Positions 17,383 to 28,600 are shown, numbered from the stretch's first letter. The stretch is DNA of 64,000 nucleotides from Bacilli bacterium (GCA_028691955.1 JAQUYH010000007.1:745-64744), one strand, 5' to 3'. The notes: generated from the letters alone by a model not told the origin. Made by a program: numbers and translations.

Positions 17383-18189
17383 ATGTATCAAATAAGTGAT
17401 TTTTCTAAGATAAGTCATACATCTATTCAAACATTAAGGTATTACGATAGTTTAAATTTATTAAAGCCTAGTCATATAAATCAGGAAAATAGCTATAGAT
17501 ATTATACTGATGATCAATTAAACGAATTAAAAGTAATAAGAAAATTAAAGACTATGGGTTTTACACTAATAGAAATATCAGAAATAATTAAAGACTATAA
17601 TGAAAAATATCTTATAAGGCAAATAGAAAATTTAAAGAAACAAAACAATCTAAATAAAGTTCATATAATAGAATTAGATAGTATAGTTAAATGTATGAAA
17701 AATAATAATACAAATGTTAAAAAAGAATTAATAAGCCTCATAAATAGAAAGAAGGAAACAAATATGAAAGAAAATTATGAAATTGCAAGAAAAAAATTAG
17801 TAGAGTGCTACAAAATGTATAAGGAAAATCAAACAAGTGATTGTTTAGTTCTACTAGAAGAAATAAAAAATGATATCTTTAAAGCTGAAGAATCAGTGGA
17901 TCCATTCTGGTCAAACTCAGCAGGAGATTTATTTACAGGAATTACTTTTGAAGTATTTAAAAATAATGATGAAAAAGAAGTTAACTTTTTAAACATCTTT
18001 AATTTTAGAATTAAGGGAAATGACTTCATTAATTCCATTAAAGAGTATACAGATAAACTAGATAAAGATAGTTATAGTTATATTTGTCTTTCTAATGTAA
18101 GTGAAGCTCCAAATGATACTAAATTATCAATAATATCAGTTTATAAACAATATATGAAAAATTATGTAATATTTGAAACAAAGAATTAG
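17383..18189 (+). CDS. MerR family transcriptional regulator with a C-terminal effector domain
   Basis: N-terminal HTH (YQISDFSKISHTSIQTLRYYD). Confidence 0.7.
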   Translation: MYQISDFSKISHTSIQTLRYYDSLNLLKPSHINQENSYRYYTDDQLNELKVIRKLKTMGFTLIEISEIIKDYNEKYLIRQIENLKKQNNLNKVHIIELDSIVKCMKNNNTNVKKELISLINRKKETNMKENYEIARKKLVECYKMYKENQTSDCLVLLEEIKNDIFKAEESVDPFWSNSAGDLFTGITFEVFKNNDEKEVNFLNIFNFRIKGNDFINSIKEYTDKLDKDSYSYICLSNVSEAPNDTKLSIISVYKQYMKNYVIFETKN

Positions 18190-18255
18190 TAATACTTTCA
18201 TCCGTTTGACAATGTAAATTTTTATGATTATAATAACTAATCAAGGAGGAATCAT

Positions 18256-19050
18256 ATGACTGATTTAAAAACAAATAATAACACAGAAGAAGAGTTAGCA
18301 GAATCTACTGTTCTTGATCATTTTATAGAAAAAGCAGTAGACAGCACCAGAAACATTTTTGAAGGAGTAAGTGAAGAACAATTAAAGAGATTTAAAGATG
18401 CTTTTACTCATATAGCTTTAGTTGAGATAGTAAAAGGAGACGTTTCTCCCGTATCGCCCGCAAGCAATTCATATAAAATTTATGGTTTTAGTGGAATAGG
18501 CGGTCGTCCATCATTCAATATACAAAGAGCTTTGAAAATTTCTGGCATAAGTCCTGACGGAAAATGCCCAGAAGATAGAAGCTATAACTCTGAAACTATA
18601 TTTCAAACACCAGAATTACAAGAGCAATCTCGAGCTATTTTGAAACGAGAGCCTAAAGATAAGTTTGGTAATTTTGTAAGTATAGATGCCCTTGTTGAAG
18701 ATGCAGCTAAGCAAACAGAAAGAATTTTTCCTCATATTAAGCCAGAACAAGTTTCAATATTTCGTGAAGTTTTGGAGGAAACAGTAATAAATGAAATAAT
18801 GGCCATTTCAGTAAATGAGGATGACCCAACTCCATACGGATTCGCTGGGAACGGTAAACTTTTAACACCTAATTTAAAACATGCTTTAAAAGTATCAGGC
18901 ATTAGTATAGATGGAGAATTACCAAAAGGACAAGAATACAAAACTGGATTAATAATCGTTAATAGAACAAATCAAATACAAGCACAAGGATTATTAGATA
19001 TGAATAATGCAAAAAAGAAAACAACAGATCCAACTTTAACAAAAAAGTAA
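18256..19050 (+). CDS. Hypothetical protein with two ~45-aa internal repeats (YGF[SA]G-G...ALK[IV]SGIS-DG)
   Basis: The internal duplication is visible in the translation. Local codon usage is more GC-rich (CCC GTA TCG CCC GCA AGC). Confidence 0.45.
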   Translation: MTDLKTNNNTEEELAESTVLDHFIEKAVDSTRNIFEGVSEEQLKRFKDAFTHIALVEIVKGDVSPVSPASNSYKIYGFSGIGGRPSFNIQRALKISGISPDGKCPEDRSYNSETIFQTPELQEQSRAILKREPKDKFGNFVSIDALVEDAAKQTERIFPHIKPEQVSIFREVLEETVINEIMAISVNEDDPTPYGFAGNGKLLTPNLKHALKVSGISIDGELPKGQEYKTGLIIVNRTNQIQAQGLLDMNNAKKKTTDPTLTKK

Positions 19051-19142
19051 TATTAACCTATGACATAAAATCATAGGTCTTTTCTTTACGATAAATTTCA
19101 TAAAAAGCAAAAAATGTTATATAATTAAGCTGAGGGAAATTT

Positions 19143-19748
19143 ATGAGTGTTTTAATTAATAAAAAAAGATGTGATAATGCTAAAGAATGTTCTTGCATCG
19201 AGTCATGCCCAACTAAAGCTTTTTATTGGGATGAAGAAAATCAAACAATTGCTGTAGACAATAATTTATGTATAAACTGTAGACAATGTATGATTGCCTG
19301 TGAAGCAGGAGCAATCAAAGTAGCAAGAACAGAAGAAGAATATAATAAAATAAAGCAAGAATATGATACTTATGCAATGACTATAAAAGAATTATTTCAA
19401 GATAGGTATGGAGCTTCAATTATAGATGAAAAATATTCTTTAGAGTTAGATAAGCTAGATCAGTTATTAACAGATAGTAATAAGCCACTACTAATAGAGT
19501 TTTATAATAATGAAGAATCCATGTGCTTAATTAATTCTATACCAATAAAAGATATCATTAAATCATTAAAATTAAATGTTTCATATAGAAAAATAAATAT
19601 TCCAGATGTAGACGCTATTGCCAAATATGGTGTCACTGAATTACCATCTTTATTAGTTTTTAACAAAGATGAAATAATTTACAAACAATGTGGCTTTGTT
19701 AACATTAAAAACAAAGAACAAATTTTAAAACAGATATCATTGCTATAA
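19143..19748 (+). CDS. 4Fe-4S ferredoxin domain fused to a thioredoxin-like domain
   Basis: CIESCP...CINCRQCMIAC in the N-terminal half. A Trx-fold-like segment in the C-terminal half (no CxxC). Confidence 0.5.
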   Translation: MSVLINKKRCDNAKECSCIESCPTKAFYWDEENQTIAVDNNLCINCRQCMIACEAGAIKVARTEEEYNKIKQEYDTYAMTIKELFQDRYGASIIDEKYSLELDKLDQLLTDSNKPLLIEFYNNEESMCLINSIPIKDIIKSLKLNVSYRKINIPDVDAIAKYGVTELPSLLVFNKDEIIYKQCGFVNIKNKEQILKQISLL

Positions 19749-19760
19749 AAAGGAGTATAT

Positions 19761-20168
19761 ATGAAAGAAACTATAATTTATTCAACCATAACAGGTCATT
19801 CAAAAAGAATTGCCCTTAAAATAAAAGAAGCATTAAATATTGAAATTTTCAATATAAAAGAAAATCCTAACTTAAGTAACATAGAAACACTTTACATAAT
19901 AAGTGGTATATATGGTGGAAAAAGCTCAGAAGAACTTGTGAAATATGTACAAGATTTTAAAAATAAGCAATTTAAAAAAGTAGTTTTAATAACTACTGCT
20001 TGTGGAAAAAATGAAAAACAAAAAGAAATAAGAAAAATATTAGAAGAAAAAGAAATATTCGTTTCAAGTGATGAATATACTTGTCCAGGAAGCTTCTTAA
20101 TATTTGGGTGTCATCCTAATAAAAAAGATATAAACAAATTAATTGAATACTTAAAAGAAAAAAAGTAA
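19761..20168 (+). CDS. Flavodoxin-like protein
   Basis: MKETIIYSTITGHSKRIA start and short-chain flavodoxin length. Confidence 0.5.
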   Translation: MKETIIYSTITGHSKRIALKIKEALNIEIFNIKENPNLSNIETLYIISGIYGGKSSEELVKYVQDFKNKQFKKVVLITTACGKNEKQKEIRKILEEKEIFVSSDEYTCPGSFLIFGCHPNKKDINKLIEYLKEKK

Positions 20169-20186
20169 GTTTAACTTACTTCTTTT
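20160..20186. terminator. Bidirectional terminator between convergent genes
   Basis: AAGTAAG-TTTAA-CTTACTT with A and T runs on both sides. Confidence 0.6.
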
Positions 20187-20583
20187 CATATATTAAAACA
20201 ACTTCTTTATTATTATTCAATAAACTCAAATCACTATCACTTAATTCATAATATCTAACTTCACTTAAAGCTGAAAAATACCCTGATTCAGCATTATTTA
20301 TATCTGGCTCTAGTGAAGCCATCTCAGTGGAAACTAAATTACTGATAATAAATTCCTCACCATTAATTTCATATTCGCCACTATAAGAATTGACTCCACC
20401 ATTCCCGCTAATTTCATTTCCTTCAAAATTTAAGGTAATTGGAGCTACAATAGAACAGTTTAAAGTCCAATCGCTTAATTGCCAAGAACTATCTTCTAGT
20501 TTATCAGAATTTTTATGAAAAGATAAAAACAAATAAACAAATAAAACTAAAGCAAGAGAAACAATAACAAAAGCCTTTTTCAT
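20176..20583 (-). CDS. META-domain lipoprotein (HslJ-like)
   Basis: Signal peptide, then W-x-L...F...ISGNGGVNSYSGEY...TEMA pattern. Confidence 0.55.
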   Translation of the reverse strand: MKKAFVIVSLALVLFVYLFLSFHKNSDKLEDSSWQLSDWTLNCSIVAPITLNFEGNEISGNGGVNSYSGEYEINGEEFIISNLVSTEMASLEPDINNAESGYFSALSEVRYYELSDSDLSLLNNNKEVVLIYEKK

Positions 20584-20699
20584 AATTACCTCCTTCTATC
20601 AATATTATAAAATAATAATCAAAATAAGACAAATTACAAATAAACATTTAAATTATTAAGTAATTGCTATATAATATAGGTATAATAATTGGAGGCAAT

Positions 20700-21491
20700 A
20701 TGAAAACATTTATCATAAATAAAATAGACAATCAAAAGGTAAAAAAGCAAAAAGGATATATTAGATTATGTAATACTAAAGATGTAGACGCTATATATAA
20801 TATACAAGAGGAAATAATAGGCTATTTCAAAGAAGAGGAAAAAGGATATTTCCTGCCCTTTAGAAAAGAAAGCTATTTAAGAATCGTAAATAACCCTAAA
20901 ACAGACGGCAAAATATATGGAGCATTCTTAAATAACGAAATGATTGGTTGGATATTTTTATCAGTGGCCCCTAGATTAGAAGAATTAAAAAAGCACTTAC
21001 CAAACTTAAAAGGAAAAAGCGCTGATATAGATGGTATTATCGTTTTACCTAAATATAGAGGCAATAAACTACAAATTAAACTAATGAAATATATAGAAAA
21101 AATTGCTTTAAAAGAAAAAGTTAAAAATTTAATTGCCGAAATAACAGTAGAGAATAAATATAGCCTAAATAACGCTGAAAAGTTAGGATACAAAATACAA
21201 ACACAATATAAAAAAGATGAAACCATAACAAGATATATTTTACTAAAGAAAATAAAAAGCAAAACAATAGATAGGATAATGACAATTATATTTCTATTTT
21301 GTGTTGCCTTAAACATATATAGCTTATATGGAATGCAACAATTATTTGAAAGCTATTTTTCATTGGATTATTCAAAGACATTAATAAATATGTCTTTCTC
21401 GCCAATATTATTTTCTATAAGTGGAGCAGGAATATCAGCTATTATTACAATTAAAATGATTACAACTATCAAAAACAAGATATTTTCATAA
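20700..21491 (+). CDS. GNAT acetyltransferase fused to a C-terminal membrane segment
   Basis: A GGAGG RBS before the ATG at 20700. GNAT core (DGIIVLPKYRGNKL). Two C-terminal TM helices. Confidence 0.55.
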   Translation: MKTFIINKIDNQKVKKQKGYIRLCNTKDVDAIYNIQEEIIGYFKEEEKGYFLPFRKESYLRIVNNPKTDGKIYGAFLNNEMIGWIFLSVAPRLEELKKHLPNLKGKSADIDGIIVLPKYRGNKLQIKLMKYIEKIALKEKVKNLIAEITVENKYSLNNAEKLGYKIQTQYKKDETITRYILLKKIKSKTIDRIMTIIFLFCVALNIYSLYGMQQLFESYFSLDYSKTLINMSFSPILFSISGAGISAIITIKMITTIKNKIFS

Positions 21492-21527
21492 ATATATAGT
21501 ATAATTAAATGAGTGGAGGTAATTTAT

Positions 21528-21770
21528 ATGAATATAAAAATGGGAGATATACAAAAAATAAATGGCAAAGACTATCAAGTAGCTTCAATAATAACAGAAG
21601 AAGAAAAAGACTATTATTTAATTTCTAACGTAGAAGACATTGAAGACGTAACAATTTGTGAAATAAAAGAAAATACTTTAGAAGAGATAACAAATGAAAA
21701 ACTATTTGAAAAGTTAACATATAAATTTATTAAAAAAATATTAGAAGAGCAGAAGGATAGTAACAATTAG
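21528..21770 (+). CDS. Hypothetical small acidic protein
   Basis: A GGAGG RBS before the ATG at 21528. Confidence 0.35.
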   Translation: MNIKMGDIQKINGKDYQVASIITEEEKDYYLISNVEDIEDVTICEIKENTLEEITNEKLFEKLTYKFIKKILEEQKDSNN

Positions 21771-21804
21771 AAAGAAATTTAAGATAAAACAACGAAAATA
21801 TTTG

Positions 21805-21835
21805 ACATAACAATAAATAGGTGCTAATATTTAAG
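21805..21835 (+). promoter_or_regulatory. Promoter of secE-nusG
   Basis: TTGACA, 17 nt, TAATAT. Confidence 0.45.
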
Positions 21836-21884
21836 TAGAAACACACGTAGGTGTTTTTATTTTAGAAAAAAATAGAGGTGAGCA

Positions 21885-22076
21885 ATGAAAAAACTTGCTA
21901 AAAAAATAGCCAGATTTCTTGTCGAAGTAAAAAAAGAAATGAAGAAAGTAAAATGGCTTACAAAAAAAGAAATGGTAAAATATTCAATAGCTACATTAAC
22001 AATAATGGTAATTCTAGGAATATTTTTTCTAGCATCTGACTTTGTAATTGGAATCGTGAAAGTGTTGGTGGGATAA
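21885..22076 (+). CDS. secE: Preprotein translocase subunit SecE
   Basis: 63 aa with a single TM helix, directly upstream of nusG. Confidence 0.85.
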   Translation: MKKLAKKIARFLVEVKKEMKKVKWLTKKEMVKYSIATLTIMVILGIFFLASDFVIGIVKVLVG

Positions 22077-22609
22077 TGCAAAAAGAATGGTACGTAGTAA
22101 ATACTTATTCAGGACATGAAAATAAAGTAAAAGAAAAACTTGAAATGAGAGCCAACTCAATGGGACTACAAGATTATATCTTTAGAGTAGTTGTTCCAGA
22201 AACAAAAGAAATAGAATTCAAAGATGGTCAAAAAAAAGAAAAAATGAAAAAAATGTTCCCAGGTTATATATTAGTTGAAATGATTATGACTGATGAAGCT
22301 TGGTTTGTAGTAAGAAACACACCAGGTGTTACAGGATTTATCGGTTCATCTGGAAAAGGAGCTAAACCATTCCCTTTAACTCCACAAGAAGTGGATAAAA
22401 TATTAGGAACAATGGGAATAGCTAGAGTAGATGTTGTAAATGAAATCAACGAAAATGATTTAGTTAAAGTTATTAATGGGCCATTTAAAGAAATGTATGG
22501 TAAAGTTAAGACTATTAATTTTGAAAAACAACAATTAGAAGTTGCCCTTGATTTATTTGGACAAGAGACTATTGTCGAACTAGAATTTACAGAAATACAA
22601 AAAGCATAA
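22076..22609 (+). CDS. nusG: Transcription termination/antitermination factor NusG
   Basis: NGN and KOW regions (WYVVNTYSGHENKV...). Confidence 0.9.
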   Translation: MQKEWYVVNTYSGHENKVKEKLEMRANSMGLQDYIFRVVVPETKEIEFKDGQKKEKMKKMFPGYILVEMIMTDEAWFVVRNTPGVTGFIGSSGKGAKPFPLTPQEVDKILGTMGIARVDVVNEINENDLVKVINGPFKEMYGKVKTINFEKQQLEVALDLFGQETIVELEFTEIQKA

Positions 22610-22743
22610 AAAAATGTAGACATTAAATAAATATTGTGCTATTATAATGCTGCTATATTTATTTAATATAGATTTAAGTGGGAGCGCGGACACGCATTAT
22701 AACCACTCGCGAAAAAAGATATAAAAAATAGGAGGTGTTTTTC

Positions 22744-23169
22744 GTGGCAAAGCAAATAACAAAAAAGATCAAATTACAAATTCCAGCCGGCAAAGCAACG
22801 CCAGCTCCACCAGTAGGAACTGTACTTGGACCAGCAGGAGTTAATTTACAAGAATTCTGTACAAAATATAACGATGCAACTAGAGATAAAATGGGAGATA
22901 TATTACCAGTAGAAATTTCTATTTATGAAGATAGAACATTTACATTCGTAATTAAAACTCCACCAGCAGCATTCTTAATAAAGAAGTACGCTAAAATTAA
23001 AAAAGGCGGAACAAAAGGTCAAAACGAAACAGTAGCAACTTTAACAAAAGATCAAGTTAAAGAAATAGCTGAAATTAAGTTACCAGATTTAAATTGCTAT
23101 TCAGTAGAAGAAGCAATGAAAATAATCGAAGGTACTGCTCGTAACATGGGCGTGAAAGTATCTGAATAA
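22744..23169 (+). CDS. rplK: 50S ribosomal protein L11
   Basis: [28 protein letters not shown] start 9 nt after AGGAGG. Confidence 0.9.
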   Translation: MAKQITKKIKLQIPAGKATPAPPVGTVLGPAGVNLQEFCTKYNDATRDKMGDILPVEISIYEDRTFTFVIKTPPAAFLIKKYAKIKKGGTKGQNETVATLTKDQVKEIAEIKLPDLNCYSVEEAMKIIEGTARNMGVKVSE

Positions 23170-23217
23170 AATATCCCGTGGAAGGATTTGTCCGCAATTA
23201 CCACATAGGAGGTTAAA

Positions 23218-23913
23218 ATGAAAAAAGGAAAGAAATACTTAGAAGTAGCAAAAAAAGTTGAAAAAACTAAACTATATTCTAAAGAAGATGCTATTAAATT
23301 AGCAAAAGAAACATCATACTCTAAATTTGATGGCTCTATTGAAGTAGCGATGAGATTAAATCTTGATACTAAAAAAGCTGATCAACAATTAAGAGGAGCT
23401 TTAGTACTTCCAAATGGAACTGGTAAAGCTAAAAAAGTATTAGTAATAGCTAAAGGAGAATTTGCAAAGCAAGCTAAAGAAGCTGGAGCAGACTTCGTAG
23501 GCGATACTGATATGTTGGAAAAAATAGAAAAAGAAAACTGGTTTGATTTCGATACAATGATAGCAACACCAGATATGATGCCAGCCCTTGGTAAATTAGG
23601 AAAAGTTTTAGGACCAAAAGGATTAATGCCAAACCCTAAAACTGGAACAGTTACAACAGATGTTGTAAAAGCTGTAAATGAAGTTAAAAAAGGAAGAGTA
23701 GAGTACCGTACTGATACATTTGGTAACGTACATGCTATTATTGGAAAAGTTTCATTTGCTGATGATAAACTAGTAGAAAACTTAAATGCTTTTGTAGGTT
23801 TAATTATTAAATCAAAACCTACTACAGTAAAAGGAACTTACGTTCAAAACATTAGCGTAGCTTCAACTATGGGTCCTGGAATAAAAATTGACACAAATAG
23901 CTTTGACTTTTAA
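23218..23913 (+). CDS. rplA: 50S ribosomal protein L1
   Basis: Conserved L1 sequence. Confidence 0.9.
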   Translation: MKKGKKYLEVAKKVEKTKLYSKEDAIKLAKETSYSKFDGSIEVAMRLNLDTKKADQQLRGALVLPNGTGKAKKVLVIAKGEFAKQAKEAGADFVGDTDMLEKIEKENWFDFDTMIATPDMMPALGKLGKVLGPKGLMPNPKTGTVTTDVVKAVNEVKKGRVEYRTDTFGNVHAIIGKVSFADDKLVENLNAFVGLIIKSKPTTVKGTYVQNISVASTMGPGIKIDTNSFDF

Positions 23914-24063
23914 TTTAAAGTATGCTATTATAAACTTGTTTTGGAAATAGTACCGTAGACAGTAGGGAGATAAAACTTTAATTATCCTACCGAGGACTTA
24001 ATTATTTAAGAATCTCGGCCTAACTACGCGTTAGGCTTTTCTATGCAATAAAGGAGGTGGATT
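23914..24063 (+). promoter_or_regulatory. rplJ (L10) leader RNA; autoregulatory structure candidate
   Basis: Structured leader with hairpins CCGAGGACTTAATTATTTAAGAATCTCGG and GCCTAACTACGCGTTAGGC, at the position of the Firmicutes L10 leader. Confidence 0.5.
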
Positions 24064-24558
24064 ATGGCAAATCCAAAAATTCTAGAGCAAAAGCAAACTG
24101 TTATTGATGAAATTGCAAATAAAGTAAAAGAATCAACATCTGTAGTATTATTTAATAACGCAGGTCTTACAGTTGCAGAAACAATAGAACTTAGAAGAAA
24201 ACTAAGAGAAAAAGATTCAGATTTAAAAATCTATAAAAATACTTTAGCAAAAAGAGCTCTTGACAGTTTAAAAATCGATTTAGGTGAAGAACTAAATGGC
24301 CCTAAAGCAATAGTATTTGGAAGCGATGCAGTAGAACCAGTAAAAGTATTAAGTGACTTTGCAAAAGCTCATCCTGCATTAGAAATTAGAATAGGTTACA
24401 TTGATGGAACTGTAACAGATAAAGAAACATTAAGTAAATTAGCTGCTACTCCAAGTAGAGATACATTACTTACAATGTTTGCAGCAGGCTTATTAGAACA
24501 TGTTAAAAATGTTGCAATATGCTTAGATTTACACAGTAAAAATATAGAAGAAAAATAA
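24064..24558 (+). CDS. rplJ: 50S ribosomal protein L10
   Basis: Conserved L10 sequence. Confidence 0.9.
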   Translation: MANPKILEQKQTVIDEIANKVKESTSVVLFNNAGLTVAETIELRRKLREKDSDLKIYKNTLAKRALDSLKIDLGEELNGPKAIVFGSDAVEPVKVLSDFAKAHPALEIRIGYIDGTVTDKETLSKLAATPSRDTLLTMFAAGLLEHVKNVAICLDLHSKNIEEK

Positions 24559-24576
24559 AATAAGGAGGAATACAAA

Positions 24577-24942
24577 ATGGCAAAATTAACAGTAAAAGAA
24601 ATTATCGATGCAATTAGCGAAATGAAAATATTAGAAGTAAAGGAATTAGTAGACGCAATGAAAGAAGCATTTGGCGTTGATCCAAGTTCTGTAGCTGTAG
24701 CTGCTCCAGTAGCTGCTGCAACTGAAGAAGGACCAAGTTCATTTGACGTAGTTCTAGCAAGTGCTGGACCTAACAAAATTGCTGTTATTAAATTAGTTAG
24801 AGATATAACTGGTTTAGGATTAAAAGAAGCTAAAGATATTGCTGATAATGGTGGCGTAGTTAAAGAAAAAGCTGCAACAGATGAAGCTAACGAATTAAAA
24901 GCTAAGTTTGAAGAAGCTGGCGCAACAATCGAATTAAAATAA
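24577..24942 (+). CDS. rplL: 50S ribosomal protein L7/L12
   Basis: Conserved L7/L12 sequence with Ala-rich hinge. Confidence 0.9.
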   Translation: MAKLTVKEIIDAISEMKILEVKELVDAMKEAFGVDPSSVAVAAPVAAATEEGPSSFDVVLASAGPNKIAVIKLVRDITGLGLKEAKDIADNGGVVKEKAATDEANELKAKFEEAGATIELK

Positions 24943-25009
24943 TAAAAAAAAGCTTAGAGCCTATACTATAAAAGTAGTATGGGCTTTCGGCGTTATTGAA
25001 AGGACATTT

Positions 25010-25594
25010 ATGAATCACTATTTTACAAATAGTAATTTAAAAAGCAATATTCAAAAAAAGGAAGTTATTATAAAAGAAAAAAAATACATATTTGAAACAG
25101 ACATAGGCGTTTTTTCTAAAAAAGGATTAGATTTTGGAACAAGAACACTTTTAGAAAATCTGGATTTGAATAATATCAAAGGTGATGTTCTAGACTTTGG
25201 TTGTGGGTATGGACCAATAGGAATATTTGTAAAAGACAATACAGAATCAAATGTAGACATGGTTGATATAAATAAAAGAAGTCTACATTTAGCAGAAAAA
25301 AATGCTAAAAATAGTAATGTAACAGTTAATATTTTTGAAAGTAATATCTATTCAAACATTACTAAAAAGTACGATTTTATAATAACCAATCCACCAATTA
25401 GAGTGGGTAAACAAATACTATATGAAATACTTTTTAAAGCTAAAGAATATTTAAATAAAAATGGAGAACTTTGGCTAGTCATATCAAAAGATCAGGGAGC
25501 TAAATCATTAGTTAGTGATTTAGAAAAAGAGTATATAGTTAACGTAGTAGCAAAAAATAAAGGTTTTTATATTATAAGAGCTTTAAATCATTGA
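25010..25594 (+). CDS. ybxB: Class I SAM-dependent methyltransferase (RsmC/YbxB-like)
   Basis: VLDFGCGYGPIG motif I and TNPP motif IV. Sits at the B. subtilis ybxB position between rplL and rpoB. Confidence 0.75.
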   Translation: MNHYFTNSNLKSNIQKKEVIIKEKKYIFETDIGVFSKKGLDFGTRTLLENLDLNNIKGDVLDFGCGYGPIGIFVKDNTESNVDMVDINKRSLHLAEKNAKNSNVTVNIFESNIYSNITKKYDFIITNPPIRVGKQILYEILFKAKEYLNKNGELWLVISKDQGAKSLVSDLEKEYIVNVVAKNKGFYIIRALNH

Positions 25595-25690
25595 CATCTT
25601 GATTTTACTTTGTTAAAATTATATATTGGTGGCTTGTACAAAAGATGTACTAGCTTATTGTTGTTATAATAGTTTATAGGGGTGAATTTA

Positions 25691-28600
25691 GTGGCTTATA
25701 CAATAAAAAAATTTGGTGATCACCGTGAAAGAAGAAATTATGCTAAAACAAAGAATACACTTGAGTTAGGTAATTTACTTGAAATTCAAAAAAAATCTTA
25801 TGAATGGTTTATAACTGAAGGAATTAAAGAAGTATTCGAGGATATATTTCCAGTAGAGGATTTCTCTGGAAAATTAATTCTCGATTTTGGTGACTTTAGT
25901 TTTGAAAAACCAAGATACTCAATCAAAGGTTGCAAAGAAAGATATGCAACATATGCTGCACCTTTAACAGTAGAAGCGAGACTTTTTAATCAGGAAACTG
26001 GAGAAGTAAAAGAGCAGAGTATTTATTTAGGCGATATGCCTATTATGACAGAAACAGGAACATTTATCGTAAATGGGGCAGAACGTGTAATTGTTTCACA
26101 ATTAGTAAGAAGCCCTAGTGCTTATTATGGAAAAGAAATTGACAAAAATGGAAGACTAGTTATAACAAGTCAAATAATTCCAACAAGAGGAACATGGCTT
26201 GAATACGAACTAGATGCAAGAAACATTGTCTATGTAAGAATAGATAGAACAAGAAAAGTTCCAATTACAACTCTACTTAGAGCAATTGGATTAAATAGTG
26301 ATGAAGATATCACATCATTATTTGGAGAAAATGAATATATTATAAGAACTATCGAAAAAGATACAAATAAAAACACCGATGAATCTTTAATAGATATTCA
26401 TTCAAAATTAAGACCAGGAGAACCTTCTACTTTAGATAGTGCTAAAAACCAATTAATATCTAGATTCTTTGACGCATTTAGATATGATTTAGCTAAAGTA
26501 GGAAGATACAAATTTAATAAAAAATTAAATGTAGCTGATAGATTATTAGGTACAGTTTTAGCTGAAGACATTAAAGAAGGCAAAAAAGTATTGTTTGCTA
26601 AAGAAACAGAAATAACAAAAGACGTTTTAGAAGCAATGAAACCGGTTTTAGAGAGTGGCTATGGCGTTAAAGAAGTTCCAGTTAATGAAGAGCTAGATAC
26701 ATTTAATAAAGTACAAGTTATAAAAGTACATACAAAAGAAAATCCAGAAAAAGTTATCAATATAATTGGTAATGATCAAACTATTACCGTAAAAAGATTA
26801 ACTATTTCTGATATTTATGCATCAGTTTCATATTACTTGAATTTATTAGATGGAATTGGATCATTTGATGAAATCGATCACTTATCTAATAGACGTGTAC
26901 GTCAAGTAGGAGAACTACTTCAAAATCAATTTAGAATTGGTATTTCTAGAATTGAAAGAGTAATTAGAGACAGAATGTCAACCCAAGAAATAACAGAAGT
27001 TACTCCAAAATCTTTAATCAATATTAGACCACTTACAGCTAGTATGAAAGAGTTCTTTGGTAGTAGCCAATTATCTCAGTTCATGGATCAAACAAACCCA
27101 GTAGCTGAGCTTACAAATAAAAGACGTTTAACATCTTTAGGACCTGGTGGTCTTGCAAGAGATAGAGCTGGTATGGAAGTGCGTGACGTTAATCCATCAC
27201 ATTATGGAAGACTTTGCCCAATTGAGTCTCCAGAAGGCCAAAACATTGGACTTATTACATCTTTAGCAAGTTATGCAAAAGTAAATGAATATGGATTCAT
27301 AATGACACCATATCGTAAAGTAGTTGACAAAAAAGTTACAGATGAAATTGTATACATGACTGCTGATGAAGAAATAGATTATTACATTTCTCAAGCTACA
27401 ATTAAAATAAGCGATAATAATGAAATATTAGAAGAAAAAGCACCAGTAAGATATCGTGGAGAAAACGTAATTGTAGATGCTAGTCAAATAGACTATGTTG
27501 ACGTTTCACCACAACAAGTTGTATCAATTACAACAGCGGGAATTCCATTCCTAGAACACGATGATGGAAAAAGAGCCTTAATGGGTGCTAACATGCAACG
27601 TCAAGCTATTCCATTATTAAAGCCAGAAGCTCCAAGAGTAGGAACTGGCATTGAAGCAATATCAGCAAGAGACTCAGGTGCAGTTGTACTTTGTAAAGCC
27701 GATGGTGTAGTTACATATGTAGACTCTAAAAAAATAGTTGTTAAAACTGTAGGTGGAGAAGATACATATTACCTAAATGGATTCGAAAGAAGCAATGCAT
27801 CAACTTGTTATCATCAAATACCTATTGTTAAAAAAGGCGATAAAGTTTATAAAGATGAAGTAATAGGAGATGGACCATCAACTGAACAAGGAGAAATGGC
27901 ACTAGGTAAAAATGTTAAAGTAGCCTTCATGAACTATAATGGTTATAACTATGAAGATGCTGTAATATTAAATGAAAGATTAGTAAAAGATGATGCTTAT
28001 ACATCAATTCATATCGAAAGATATCAAATAGAATGTCGCGATACTAAATTAGGACCAGAAGAATTTACTAGAGATATTCCAAATATTGGAGAAGATGCTC
28101 GTAAAAACTTAGACGAATTTGGTATTATTAGAATTGGTACAGAAGTAAAAGATGATGATATTTTAATTGGTAAAGTAACACCAAAAGGAGTAGCAGAACT
28201 TACTTCAGAAGAAAAACTATTACACGCTATATTTGGAGAAAAAGCAAGAGAAGTAAGAGATACATCTCTAAGAGTTCCTCATGGTGGCGAAGGTATCGTA
28301 CATGATGTTAAAATATTCACAAAAGCTGATACTGATGAACTTCCAGCCGGAGTATCTAAAATAGCTCATGTTTATATAGCTCAAAAAAGAAAAATATCAG
28401 TTGGAGATAAAATGGCAGGACGTCATGGTAACAAAGGTGTTATTTCACTAATATTACCAGAAGAAGATATGCCATACTTGCCAAATGGTGAAACAGTAGA
28501 TATTCTACTTAACCCACTTGGAGTTCCATCTCGTATGAATATAGGACAGATTCTAGAAATGCATTTAGGTTATGCTGCAAAAGAATTAGGTATCTACGTA

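Noticed and set aside
9167-21850. Intact prophage or ICE downstream of the tRNA array
   Set aside because: There is no integrase/recombinase, terminase, capsid, portal, relaxase or T4SS gene anywhere in the region. Only the short att-like repeat at 11455-11482 supports mobility.
22610-22743. Possible L11/L1 leader regulatory structure between nusG and rplK
   Set aside because: I could not see a convincing conserved structure by eye, so only the rplJ leader is reported.
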